Shown here: positions 35,001-48,349 of the stretch, piece by piece
Layout: each line of letters opens with the position of its first letter
How positions within the stretch are numbered: position 1 is the first letter of the stretch
NCBI GenBank assembly: GCA_027046965.1
Contig: JALTWR010000002.1
Location: 9,537 to 73,536, forward strand
DNA from: Candidatus Altimarinota bacterium
Lineage (GTDB): Bacteria; Patescibacteriota; Gracilibacteria; Absconditabacterales; Absconditicoccaceae
Direction: 5' to 3'
DNA length: 64,000 nucleotides
Notes under the pieces: model-generated
The model's input: only the letters and a program-made list of their open reading frames with translations
Database searches by the model: none
What the model was told of the DNA's origin: nothing
Translations under genes and position numbers: made by a program

Positions 35001-35345
35001 AATTTCAAAGTCCCTCAAAATTTCAAAAGCTTTAACTAGGACACCAAGAGCATTCAAAAAATCCTCCAATTGTTGTCTTTTTTTCTCATCTAGAGGTAGA
35101 TCTTTAACATGAGATTCTATCTCTGCTAACAGCGTTGGGGCTTTACTGCTAGATGCATTGAACCTATCTATCAAACCATATAAATAATCATTGTCTGCCC
35201 CTAAATTACTATCAAGCCAGTCCTTTAAAGCATCCTTTAATTCAATTTGATATTCAAACAACTCTTTTTCTTCCTCGTATATATCTCTCACAACTTCTTT
35301 TCTAGCATTCCCCATGGATAGGGCCTCTTGCATTTGTGTAGACAT
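32067..35345 (-). CDS. Large hypothetical protein (1092 aa) with a Pro/Thr-rich C-terminal tail
   Basis: Five same-frame ORFs (32802..35345). I hand-translated 32067-32802 and the frame is open except for TGA. The tail reads ...KEQPTTKPTEGPTLPPTPSPTPTPPSPDVPTTKPTAAPSPPPRPTGSPIDE. ATG at 35343-45. No signal peptide seen. Confidence 0.75.
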
Positions 35346-35459
35346 GATAATACAAAATAAACAAATAAAATTTTCTCTACTTCAATTTTATTTTGCAAAA
35401 ATAAAAAAAGCAAAACTTCCGCTTGCCTTGTGTTTAAAAAATTGTGTAATATGAGTATA

Positions 35460-37430
35460 TTAACTTCTACTCACCATCTTAATAAAAATATCATTAGGGA
35501 CACTTACTTTCCCCATTTGTTTCAGCCTTTTCTTACCCTCCTTTTGTTTTTGAAGAAGCTTTCTTTTTCTAGTGACATCTCATCCATAACACTTGGCTAG
35601 GACATCTTTTTTAAGTGCTGGAATCGTCTCCCTTGCAATAACCCTGGTTCCTATACTAGCTTGCAGAGGGATAGGAAACAAATGTTTCGGGATTAATTCC
35701 TTGAGTTTTTCAACTATCTCTCTGCCTTTATGGTATGCCTTGTTTCTATGCACAATCAAAGAAAAAACATCAATTTTTTCTCCATTAATTAGAACATCCA
35801 ACTTAACCAAATCTGACACACGTCGAGAATTAAGTTCATAGCTCATAGATGCATATCCCTTTGTAACACCTTTTAACCTATCATAAAAATCAATTATAAT
35901 CTCTCACATAGGCATATTATACTTCCACACAACCCTATCAGCATCAATATACTCCATCCCCATTAGTTCTCATCTATATTCTTCTACTAATTCCATTATA
36001 TTTCATACAAATTCATTAGGACCGACGATCTCAACATTTGCATAAGGCTCTAATATTTTGTCTACCATACCTACAGGTGGCATATCAGCACCTCATCTTA
36101 CCACCAACCAATGTTTTAAAACTTCTCCATATTTCTTTTTAATTTGGTCCTCTGACAAATCTTCTATCTGTGAGTTAATTTCAAATTTTACCACTTCTTT
36201 CCGATAATCTCAATTAATCAGAGCTTGTACATTTTTTCAAGATTTTATAACATCCAATGAAGTTGTCTTTGATTTTACAAGATAAACTACTGTAGGCACA
36301 GTAAAGATTGTTTGTATATCAAATTCCCTTTTTAACCTTTCTTTTACTATATCCATATGGAGCATTCATAGAAATCATACACGAAATCAATACCCAAAAC
36401 TAGAGATATTCTCTGGTTCCCACACCAAAGCAGCATCATTTAAAGCAAGTTTTTCTAGAGACTCTTTAAGTTTGGGATATTCCTCACTATCCAGTGGGTA
36501 CACTCAAGAATATACAAATGGAGTTACGTCCTTGAATCCAGGTATTGCCACCTCATTTAATTGCTCATTAGATAAAGATTTAACATTACCAAACACGATA
36601 GTATCTCACACCTTAGCCTCTCTTGTAGATTTTAGACCGGTTACAATATATCAAATCTCTCATTCTCTAAGAATATCACTTTTGACATATCATGGTGAAA
36701 AATATCCTACTTCTAATACTTGCATTTTGCCTCATGTATGTACAAACCTAGCAAAATCTCATGCTTTAATATTTCCATCAATCATCTTAACATAAGCCAC
36801 CACTCCTCTATAAGGGTCATAAACACTATCAAAAATCAAGGCTCTGGGAGCCCCGAGAGGCTTTCAAATCCTTTGGGGATAAAATTCATTAAACTCTTCT
36901 GGTGATAAGATCTGGTATATAACTTCATCTAATACTGACTCTACATTTTCTCAAGTCTTGGCACTTACTTTTAAAATCTTATGAGATGGGATACCTAACA
37001 TTTTTTCAATCTCTTGAGCCACACGTTCAGGTTGGGCTGCTGGCAAATCAATCTTGTTTAAAACTGGTATAATTGTTAAATTGTTTTCTAGCGCCATATA
37101 CAATGTAGAAAGCGTTTGAGCTTGTATTCATTGCGTTGCATCCACCAACAAAACAGCCCCTTCTACTGCTGCCAAACTACGGCTTACTTCATATTGGAAG
37201 TCTACATGACCAGGTGTGTCTATTAAATTTAGTTGATACCCCTTCCAATACATCCTCACAGGAGTAAGCTTGATTGTTATTCATCTTTCTTGTTCCAAAT
37301 CCATCTGATCCAATACTTGTCCTCACTTGACTCTGTCAACTGTTCAGGTAATTTCCAAAAATCTGTCTGCCAAAGTTGATTTTCAATGGTCAATATGAGC
37401 AATTATAGAAAAATTACGAATTTTTGACAT
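35460..37430 (-). CDS. lepA: Elongation factor 4 (LepA)
   Basis: [23 protein letters not shown] (the G1-motif Gly is TGA at 37383-85), DTPGHVDF and NKIDLP. The C-terminal ORF 35580..35846 is LepA-specific. Stop TAA at 35460-62. Confidence 0.95.
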
Positions 37431-37546
37431 CGAATCTTGAAACTTTTGATAAAAGCTTTCAAAGTATAGTTTTTTACGCTATCAAATCAATTTGACTTAT
37501 CAAATAATTTTTTTAAAGTTGTAGTAGTTTATTCAAAAACAAAAAA

Positions 37547-38083
37547 ATGAGCAAAATATTGTATTTACTCCGCCATGCCAAATCCTCCCGAGAAGACAAT
37601 CAATTAGATGATTTTGACAGGCCTCTCAACCCCAGAGGGCTACATGACGCTCATCTTATTAAAGAAGCTGTACAAAAGAGACAAATAATGCCTGATAAAA
37701 TTTATTCATCTCCTGCTAAAAGGGCTCAGCAAACAGCTCTTATAGTACGAGAAAAAAGCCTATATTTTGAAGCAAGCCAATTGGAACTTGTCAGAGAACT
37801 ATATGATAATCATATGGACTGAGTAAAATGGTTATCAAAGTTTGTAAAAAAACTTCCTGATTTTCACAAGGAGGTACTGATAGTAGGACACAATCCTATG
37901 CTAGAAGAGACCTTTCATTATCTAACAGGGAAATTTGTCTATTTTAGTACTTGAACACTAGCAGCCATAAAATTTCCTCTAGACAGCCGAAAAGAAGTAG
38001 GCCCACAAAGCGGTAAAAAATTGTTCGTTGACAAACCTTCTATCTTCAAGAACTACAAAGAGCGAGCTCTAAACAATCTGTAA
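37547..38083 (+). CDS. sixA: Histidine phosphatase family protein (SixA-like, 178 aa)
   Basis: LYLLRHAKS catalytic RH motif, then ...LIVGHNP after two TGA read-throughs. Stop TAA at 38081-83. Confidence 0.7.
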
Positions 38084-39039
38084 GTACCCACTGCTAAAAT
38101 CACAATTCGAAATGCAGCTAATATCAAAATCACAGGTGCCAAGTACTGGTTAAGATAGCTTTTTTTGATATAAACCTTATCCTTGTAAAAAGCATTTTTA
38201 TTTAAAAAATCTACGATTTCATCAAAAAATTCATCCAGCTGAGCTTCAGATTTTGCCAGCACAAAATCTCAGCTGGTAATTTGAGCTATCTGAGTAAGTA
38301 ATTGTTTATTGAGCCCTCCCAATTCCACATCTCCCGCTGCTGTCCTTCATATAGGTAATGACTCTGCTCATATACCTATGGTAAATATAGGAATGCCTGC
38401 CTTAGCAGCAAGTTGAGCAGCCTGTATGGGGTCAAGACCAGTATTGGAATCCCCGTCTGTTATCAGTATTAGACTGCCTGGAGGAAAGTGGTCTTTATCA
38501 GCAAATTTCAATATATTATCTATTCCCAACAAAATTGCATTTCATATGGCTGTACCCAAAAAATTTGGAGTTGGTGGAAAGTCACTTAAGCGCATAAGCT
38601 GAAGCTTTACAATTAAAGCTTTTAGATTATCCGTAATGGGAGACCAAACGAAAGCCCTTCAAGAATAAACCACAACAAACACATTTGTCTTTTTTAACTT
38701 TTTCAAAAGCTTAATTAATGTATTCCTAGCCACTTCCCACCTAGAAGGAGAAATATCCTTAGCAGCCATGGACAAAGACACATCAAATAATATTCAAACA
38801 TTATAAACTGGTTCTTTAATTATTTTCTTTTCACTTACCCAAGAAATATTCAAAGTAAATAAAACCAAAGATATTGCTAACAATCATCTGATGAACAATT
38901 CTATAGTCACCCATCACTTTTTTATTCTAGTTGATGGGACACTAAAATTGGGCTTACCTATCCAAAAAAGTAAATAACCAATTAATATAGCTACCACAAC
39001 ATAAATCACTCCCTTGTCTACAAGATATTCAAATTCCAT
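38053..39039 (-). CDS. vWA-domain membrane protein (BatA-like, 328 aa)
   Basis: N-terminal TM helices. The MIDAS-like motif is ILFDVSLSMAAKD, followed by ...LILITDGDSNTG...IPIFTIGIG and a C-terminal TM (ORF 38053..38262). Confidence 0.75.
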
Positions 39040-39071
39040 AAACTTTTACTACTTTAAGTTTGTAATAAATT

Positions 39072-39524
39072 TTATCGCTTGGATTCTAACTCATCAATCT
39101 TTTCAAAAATTTGATTTTCATCAATGCTCTTTTTTATAGGCTTTGATTTATCAACATCTTTCTTTAAAACCTTGGCCTCAGATATAGCAAGATCTATCTC
39201 ATCAATTTTAGGATAATTAACTTGATATTTTTTAACCGTATCCAAAAAATTGTCTTTCACTTTTTTAACCACAAAAGGCACCAATGAGAGCTCTGAGACA
39301 TTGAACAACGCAATAAACAAAAATATCAAAAAGATGATTCAGCCAAATAGCGTTCAAACAGTTTTACCAGCAGGATCCTGAGCAAACTTTGAGTATACAA
39401 CACCACCTAGAGTTGCTCCACCCAATATAACTAAAAACTGCCGAAGCCTTAATTCAAACGGTCACACCCTAATATAGGATGTTAAAAAATTTCATTCTAT
39501 ATGCTGGGGAACAAAGACTTTCAT
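39072..39524 (-). CDS. Small two-TM protein, PrgI/VirB3-like (tentative, 150 aa)
   Basis: The pattern GPFELRLRQFLVILGGATLGGVVY...GTLFGGIIFLIFLFIALF resembles the PrgI-family consensus (FGLSxRQF plus two TM helices). The ATG lies 1 nt after the SPFH stop. Confidence 0.4.
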
Positions 39525-39525
39525 T

Positions 39526-40365
39526 TTATTTCTTTAAAAAGAAAGATTTAATAGTACCTAAGATATCAGAATCAAGTACATATTTTGTATTATTCTTCAA
39601 AGACTCCTGCAAGACTCTAAATTGTTCTTTTAGTACAGCGTTATCTTTAAAATATTTAATTGCTGCAGTAGCTTCTAGTTCTAAAGCTTTTGCTTTGGCT
39701 TCAGCAATCCTCTCAATAGCCTGTCATTCACCCTCTGCTTTCAAAATTTGTGCTTGCTTTTGCCCCTCTGCCTCTCTAATTGCAGCTTCTTTTTGACCTT
39801 CCGCCTTGAGTATCGCTGCTCTTTTTTCTTGTTGTGCAATCTTTTGTTTATTCATAGCCTCCATAAGTTCTGTTGGTGGATCAATTCTTTGAATTTCAAT
39901 TTTGGTAATACTTATTCACCATTTTGCTGTCTCGTGAGATATTTCAGTTTGTACCTTAGCATTAATCTTTGATCTCTCTCCCAAAACCTCATCCAGAGTC
40001 ATAGTACCAATTATAGCCCTTAATGTAGTGATAGCCAAGTTTTGTACCGCTATCCAAGGATTTGATATTTCATATACAGCCTTAACAGGATCAAAAATCT
40101 GAGCAAAAATTACTGCATCAACCGTCACCACCGCATTATCCCTAGTAATCATCTCATGGGGTTGGGTATTGATTACCCTTTCCCTCATATCAACCTTTCT
40201 TACAGAATCTATAAACGGAACTATAAAATGCCATCCTGAATCCAAGGTTCATACATATCTAGAGAATCTTTCTTTGATACCTTTTTCATAAGGAGAAATC
40301 TTTATCAAAGATTTTACAACAAATATAATTCCCAACACTCCAATAATTATTGCTACTGACTCCAT
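39526..40365 (-). CDS. SPFH/band-7 (stomatin/prohibitin-like) protein (279 aa)
   Basis: N-terminal [19 protein letters not shown]. The SPFH core is ORF 39916..40245. A coiled Ala/Glu/Lys-rich C-terminus follows ([33 protein letters not shown]). Confidence 0.85.
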
Positions 40366-40435
40366 TTAATAATATTAGATTAAAAGATAAAATATACAAT
40401 TAGTATACTAAGCTCTATATGTTTTTCAATTAATT

Positions 40436-40708
40436 TTAAAAATTGTCTTCTAGTATTTTTTTGATCTTCATCTCTTCACAATGCCCTGTCACAAATACTT
40501 CTTGAGCAGTGGCTCATTTTTTAAGCTTCAACTTAAACCCTGATATAGTCTTGTAAGAGATACTTATCATCTTTTGTGATGTTCATTTTTGTTGGCGAGA
40601 AATCCTTCAAGGGATAACTCTTTTGACACAATCAAGTTTGGCAAGTTCTTTTAAAAAGTCTTCGAAATCGGGTAAAATATGATGTTCTCTTTTGATTTTA
40701 TCTTTCAT
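40436..40708 (-). CDS. Hypothetical small protein (90 aa)
   Basis: Code-25 ORF MKDKIKREHHILPDFEDFLKEL...RVIPGRISRQQKG...VFVTGHCEEM. The start overlaps the upstream small gene. Confidence 0.4.
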
Positions 40709-40883
40709 CGCTTTTTGTTTTTTCAAAGCGGATTAAAGTGTACTTGACTACTCACAAAACCAAAACAATAATTCCTACTCCTCCTACAACCATCAAAGCA
40801 AGCTTTTCATTTATCACAAAAACAAATAAAGCAAATAAAACCACAATCAAATACCCTCCAAATCTAAAACTACGACTTTGCAT
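40698..40883 (-). CDS. Hypothetical small two-TM membrane protein (61 aa)
   Basis: MQSRSFRFGGYLIVVLFALFVFVINEKLALMVVGGVGIIVLVLGVV... The ATG lies 1 nt after the LCP stop. Confidence 0.35.
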
Positions 40884-40884
40884 A

Positions 40885-42321
40885 TTAACGTAAAAAATCA
40901 TTTCCTAAAATCAAAACAATATCTGCATCTGTTAGCAGATCTCAGCTTAACCACCCAAAAGCATAGGGATCCTGAGTCAAATATACTACATTAGTAATAG
41001 GTAAGAATAAACGCAAATTGTCCAATGTAGCTTTAAAATCTCAACTTCAAATAACAACTGCAGTTGTACCAGTTATTACTTGAGGAGAATTAGCGATACC
41101 GACCACATTAAATCAATTATTTTTTAGTAAAAATGCTGTTGGTCTAGCCATAGGTTTGAGATAACCATATTCCTTTCTTACCAGTTTTTTATCTATTCCA
41201 TTCAAAATCTTTATCCTTGCACTCTCTTTTAAAAATCCAACATTGTTTGTGATATTGAATACAAAATCCTTAATATTTTTGTAAAATTCAGGATTATTAG
41301 CTGTGGCTCATATGGGCAAAATTACAGCTGCCCCTCCAAAATCTGCTCTTGGTGGGAAATACATCATACATCCCGGAGTTAGATTTTCAAAAAAGTCTCT
41401 TTCACACTCAGCATTCAATACAAATGAAAAAAAGTACTTAATCTTATCCTTGTATCTCAAAAAACCAAGCATTTCATTTAGTGATAAATTAGTTGTAACC
41501 ATTTTGTTAAATTCTCCTCGAAGCTCCTTGATTTTGGAAGGACTCAGATAAGCTTTATCTTTTTTTATCTTTTCAAAAATCTTTTGAATCAACAATTGCT
41601 GTCTCAAAGCACGGGAAAAATCAGAAGTAGAATGTCTGGAACGAGCAAATTTTAAAGCTGTCTCTCCATCCAAATGTACTTCTCAAGCCGGTAGATAAAA
41701 AGTAGTATAACCTCCATCCTCAGTGGGATATTTAGGGTCCACAAATGGTTCCTTTAAGTATATATCCAACCCTCCAATATAATCTACAAAATCCACAAAT
41801 CATTTAAAGCTAATCAAAGCATAATAATCAGGCTTAATGCCTGTTATTTTAGCCACCTTATCCATTAAAACCTGTGCTGCATAATTGACATCTCTACCTC
41901 ATTTATAATAAGCACTTGCAAATAAAGCATTAATTCTTCCCCCTCATCCCCAAGGATATTTTACGTATAAATCTCTAGGAATAGATACAAATGTCACACT
42001 TTCTTGCTCAGGATTGTAACTAGCAAGCATAATAGAATCTGCCAACATACCTCATTGATGGTGTCTTCCCCCATAACCAACAATCAAAAAATTTATATTT
42101 CCAAATTGATCCTTTTGAGGAGGAGTCCCAACAGATGAAAGAACACGATTAATGCCCCAATTAGATAAAACAGCAACAATATTATAAAGCTTCGGAGCTC
42201 ACCATAAATAAGCTGCAATCCCTACTCATATTATCAAAAAAAGTATAAGTGACCTCATACCTTTGTAAAACCAGGAGCTTTGTTTCCTTTCCTTTACAGT
42301 TTTCCTTTTAAGCTTTCTCAT
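40885..42321 (-). CDS. LytR/CpsA/Psr (LCP) family cell-envelope transferase (478 aa)
   Basis: N-terminal TM. Motifs: NFLIVGYGGRHHQGGMLADSIMLASY...SIPRDLYV and ...LDGETALKFARSRHSTSDFSRALRQQ (ORF 41308..41673). Confidence 0.85.
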
Positions 42322-43154
42322 TAAAAAGTCAGCCAAGATATAATTTTATCTCACCATATCATCATTATCCAAAAAGCTACTATCATACCTGGCAAAAAAG
42401 GGATACTTTTGCCCATATTAAAACTTTTTAAAATAGCAGCTACCAATGCATATATTAAGCTAACTCCAGCTGCAAAAATTAAATATATCAAAGGTACAAA
42501 AATTATCAAGTCTTCCTTAAAAGGAAAAATTCATCACATCAAAAGTCCTATTGTAAAAGCAACAAATATATCTCCACTTCCGATTCATTCCATATCTTTG
42601 ATTTTATATCTTAGCTGAACATACAGCTTAGCTCCAAACCACAAAACACTAAACAAAACAAAAAACAATATTCACCATTTAATACTATAACTCCACCCCA
42701 AAGCTTCCATAAACCATCATCAAATTATCCAAAATACCAACCCTATCCACAACCGGATATTAAGATGATAAGAAATAATATCCCCTACAAGTATCAAAAA
42801 CAGTAGTCGATTTGCAACAATCCAAAAAACCAGACTAATCTTATCACCACCAAAATAAGTATTTACCCACCATCAGCTAATTACAAAAATTAAACCACTG
42901 ACCAGCTCTAAAATAGGATAAAGCCATCAAATATTCTTACCACAATACCTGCATTTACCTCTTGTGAGCAAAAATGAAACCACAGGGATGAGATCTTTGG
43001 GTGCTAAAGTATGCTTACAATAGGGGCATTTAGAACGTCCTTTAAAAATTCCCGACCATGTCTGCCAATTAATTTCTCCTTGTAATCTACTAACTAATAC
43101 CGATCCAAAAGATCAAAAAATTAACCCTAAAACAAACAATAAAATATAAAGCAT
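42321..43154 (-). CDS. pilD: Prepilin peptidase (A24 family, 277 aa)
   Basis: Zinc motif SKCPYCKHTL...GKCRYCGK. A polytopic membrane body follows, with ...IGSGDIFVAFTIGL (the second Asp motif). The track shows only antisense ORFs here because of dense TGA. Confidence 0.8.
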
Positions 43155-43155
43155 A

Positions 43156-44538
43156 CTAGCAATTATCTAAATTTTTAAAATAATCCTGCTTAATCCTTAA
43201 CCAATGCTTATCTCTTCTAACAAGCTTATTTTTCTCTTTTGGTTCTACAAAATATTTCAAAGCTTCTTCCAAAAATATAGTATTTTGGCTACCTTTTACC
43301 AACATAAGCCATCTGTCTTTAGAACTCATCAAAAACCGCCTAATCCACTCTCCTGCCTTAGGAGCAGAACAAAACCATTTCACTATAGGAATTTCAGCCT
43401 GAGAATCATCAGAGATAAAATCAACTTTTTTTAATTCATCCACCAAATATTTTTTCATTTTAGGGCCAACCAATACTACGACATCAGCTATCTGTGAGAT
43501 CATTCAAGCTAGTTGTCTATGTTCAGCCTCCTCAAAATCTCCTAACTCTCTCATATCTCCCAACAAAAGCAATACTTTTTTATCCTGCAAAAAATTTACC
43601 TTTAAAAAATTAACCATTTGAAGCATTTTTTTCATACTAGCAGGAGCTGCATTATAACTGGAATCTATCACTATAGATTGATTAATACCCTTCAAAATTG
43701 TGCTTCTTCCTCCTAACAAAGGGATAGACAAATCCAATTCTTTTAGAGTTGAATTTATCAACTGCTGTTTTGTATACTTGTAATGCAAGATATCTCCTAT
43801 AGTTAAACCTATTCCTATATATGCGAATATTTCAGGTGCAACAACATCAGTTAATAGTCTAATTTTTGATTTTTTAATGCACACCCTAGCAGTTGCCTTA
43901 AAATCCGACTGTAGTTTATAATCTTCAAAACAAATATCTACTTCCTTTGAACCGACCAATTCTTGAGACCTAGCCAGAAACCAAAATTTATTTACTTTTA
44001 CATTAGCACTATGAGCATAGGGGTCCTCCCGATTTAAAAATACAGCCTGCTTTGTAGCAAATATCATCTTGTACTTTTCATCAGCTATTGTATCAGGATC
44101 TGAAAGATATTGAGCATGAACTTTATCTATTAATGTCAAAACACCAAAATCTGGTTTTACTACCTTTAACATAAAATCCATCTCTCCAATATGATCAATC
44201 CCATATTCCAAAACAACAATATCATAAGAAGGTTTGCCAAATACTGCCTTAACAAAAGCTTTAAACAACATCTTAGATACTCCTGCCATAGTGGGTGTAT
44301 AATCTTCTAGTTGTAGTACTGCCAAAGGAAGTCCTAGTTCTCAATTATAATTTTTAAAAGGAGTATAAATTTTTTTGTCCTTGAGTACCTCTTTAAGCGA
44401 AGCGTATATTGCCATCCTAGCAGAAGTTTTACCCACAGATCAAGTAACCCCTATTACTGTTACTTTTTTTTTGGAAATATACCTACTGGCGAACTTGCCA
44501 ACTAGACTAAAAATCATTTTTAATAAGCTATTTTTCAT
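43156..44538 (-). CDS. murF: Mur ligase family protein (MurF-like, 460 aa)
   Basis: P-loop VIGVTGSVGKTS with Gly = TGA. ORFs 43156..43503 and 43504..44325 are in frame. Motifs DSSYNAAPASM and ...LLLGDMRELG. Stop TAG at 43156-58. Confidence 0.7.
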
Positions 44539-44673
44539 CCATCAAAACAAATCTAAGCTAAACACCTATCAGTTTAACAATTTCCCTTTCAAAAAAAAGC
44601 AAAAAACATATACTTGATTTGGATGATTAAATTTATATAGTTTGCCTTGCAGTTTATTTTTTTAGTCAAAAAA

Positions 44674-45126
44674 ATGATAGAACAAACGCTGGTGATTTTA
44701 AAACCAGATGCTCTTGTAAGAGGCATAACAGGTAAAGTAATCGATAGATTAGAATCCAAAGGACTTAAACTTGTAGCATCCAAAATGATGATGCTCAATG
44801 AAGAAGTACTAAAACAACACTACTCTCATCTTGTAGACAAACCATTTTTTGGTGGATTAGTAGAATATATGACTAGTGCTCCAGTAATAGTTCAAGTATG
44901 GGAGGGCAAAGAGGCTACAAGTGTAGTAAGGCTTATGGCTGGAGTAACTAACCCAAGGCAAGCTCAACCAGGGACAATTAGAGGAGATTTTGCAATTGAC
45001 ATCCCTAAAAATGTCATACATGCATCAGAAAATTATGAAATAGCCAAACAAGAGATAGCTAGATTCTTCAATGATTCTGAGATATACTCATACAAAAGAA
45101 TCGACGAAGATATGCTTTATGAATAA
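44674..45126 (+). CDS. ndk: Nucleoside diphosphate kinase
   Basis: MIEQTLVILKPDALVRG...NVIHASEN (active-site His). The ORF is intact with no TGA. The track start at 44647 is a TTG upstream of the likely ATG at 44674. Confidence 0.95.
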   Translation: MIEQTLVILKPDALVRGITGKVIDRLESKGLKLVASKMMMLNEEVLKQHYSHLVDKPFFGGLVEYMTSAPVIVQVWEGKEATSVVRLMAGVTNPRQAQPGTIRGDFAIDIPKNVIHASENYEIAKQEIARFFNDSEIYSYKRIDEDMLYE

Positions 45127-45152
45127 GTTTAAATATATTTACTATACTTAAG

Positions 45153-45389
45153 ATGAAAAAAGGAATTCACCCAACTTATTACGAAGATGTTGAAGTAATT
45201 TGTATATGCGGTAACAAATTCACCGTAAATGCAGCTGTACCTGGACCTATCAAAGTTGAATCTTGTCCAGCATGCCATCCAGCATATACCTGAGAAAGGA
45301 CAACTACTGTAGTAAAAGGTAGGATGGAGAAGTTCTTAGAAAAACAAAAGAAAATCGAAGAACTTCAAAAGCAGCAAGGTAAAAAATAG
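45153..45389 (+). CDS. rpmE: 50S ribosomal protein L31
   Basis: MKKGIHPTYYEDVEVICICGNKF...ESCPACHPAYTGE. One TGA = Gly. Stop TAG at 45387-89. Confidence 0.9.
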
Positions 45390-45427
45390 GACAAAATTAA
45401 ACATTGTACTAACTTAAAACAAAGAGA

Positions 45428-46051
45428 ATGGGGCTCAAAAAAAAGCTTTTTAAAAAACATTTTGGGGACATTGAAGCTTTGATATCCCATTCTCCTTTTG
45501 TTTATATCAAAATTATCTTCTTCACTACACTTGTAGGTATAGGACTTATAATGACGTGGCTGTATGTCCAACAGACCTGAAACCTTTTTTATATAAAACC
45601 AGATATTGTAAAATTTGTAATACTAGCAATAGCAATCTTGGCGTATCTTAATTTTTTGATTAGGTTTTTTGACCTCTACCTGGATACAATCATACTTACT
45701 CCTGAGGGTATATATATCCATAGACGGTGAGGATTGCTTCAAAATTCCCAATCTATGATAAGTCGGGATTGATTAGAAAGCGTATCATATACCCAAAACT
45801 GATTGATAGAAAATCTCTTTAAATTTGGTGATATTTCCTTAATACATATAAACGGAGAAGAAAAGTTCAATAATGTCCCTAATCCTAGAGAAAATAGTCA
45901 GACCATATTGCTTACCAAAAAAAAATATACTTCTCCTCTCTCCTGAGAACAGAGCCAACAAAAAATGGAAATATTGATAGAAGCTCTGGGAGAAGTAGTC
46001 AAGGAATATCTGGATTCTAATCAAAGATCTGATCCAGAATCAGAAATTTAG
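45428..46051 (+). CDS. Membrane protein with a bacterial PH (YdbS/YdbT-like) domain (207 aa)
   Basis: Two TM helices (IKIIFFTTLVGIGLIMTWLY, VKFVILAIAILAYLNFLI). These are followed by ...LDTIILTPEGIYIHRRGGLL...FGDISL, which is typical of bPH_2. Confidence 0.5.
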
Positions 46052-46070
46052 TTCTTAAAATAAAAATATT

Positions 46071-47471
<1,401 letters not shown>

Positions 47472-47499
47472 AAAATTTTAATTAATCACCGGGATTTTA

Positions 47500-48345
47500 A
47501 TGAGCGGAGAAACTATTAAAGCTGCAGTAGTAGCCACCCAAAAAACAGCGAGTCCAAGTTTAATTTCCATAGTGTTGAATGAAATTATTTATCGCCCGAT
47601 ATTAAATCTATTAGTTGTATTGTTAATAATAACGGGAGGCAACTTAGGTTTTAGTATTATATTGCTAACTCTAATACTTAGATTTTTGATGCTTAAGCCC
47701 ACATTGGGAGCCAACAAGTATCAAAAACAAATGGTTGACATTCAGCCTAGACTAAAAGAAATTCAAGAAAAATACAAAGATGATCCTGAGAAACTTTCCC
47801 AAGAGACTATGAAACTTATGAAGGAAACTGGAGGTTGACCACTTAAAGGATGTTTGGTAATGTTATTGCAAATACCAGTATTTTTTGGTCTTTTTTATGT
47901 AGTCAGAGATATATCAGGATACCAAAATCACGCTGTAATGGCGGATCAAATTTATAGCTTTTTGAGACATTTTATAGGGGATCCTACCATATGGATAAGC
48001 AACATCCAGCCCACCTTTTTTGGCATCAATTTGTTTGAAAAATGAGATATAGTCCTAACCGTAGTTGCTGCTTTGTTGATGTTTGCCCAACTGCAACTAA
48101 CAACTATGGTTAGCGGACAACCTCAAAAGACTAAACAAAAATTGCCAAATGGACAAGAAATGCCGGATATGAGCTGATTTATGAAAATTATGAATATGTT
48201 TTTGGTGCTTATGATAGCAATGTTTGTTTATTCTACCCCATCTGCAATAGGGCTTTATATCCTAACTTCCACGCTTTTTGGAGTGGTACAATATATTATC
48301 CAATACAAACCATTGATACTAGCAAAACTCAAAGCAGGAAAATAG
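47500..48345 (+). CDS. yidC: Membrane protein insertase YidC (short form, 281 aa)
   Basis: ORFs 47500..47838 and 47854..48045 are in frame. Motifs: ...KYQKQMVDIQPRLKEIQEKYKDDPEKLSQETMKLMKETGGGPLKGCLVMLLQIPVFFGLF. Stop TAG at 48343-45. Confidence 0.85.
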
Positions 48346-48349
48346 GTCC

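Noticed and set aside
37431-37546. Imperfect palindrome (TTGAAAC...GCTTTCAA) and repeated ATCAAAT words in the lepA/sixA divergent intergenic region as a possible operator
   Set aside because: The matches are short and imperfect in very AT-rich DNA, so they cannot be distinguished from chance without comparative data.
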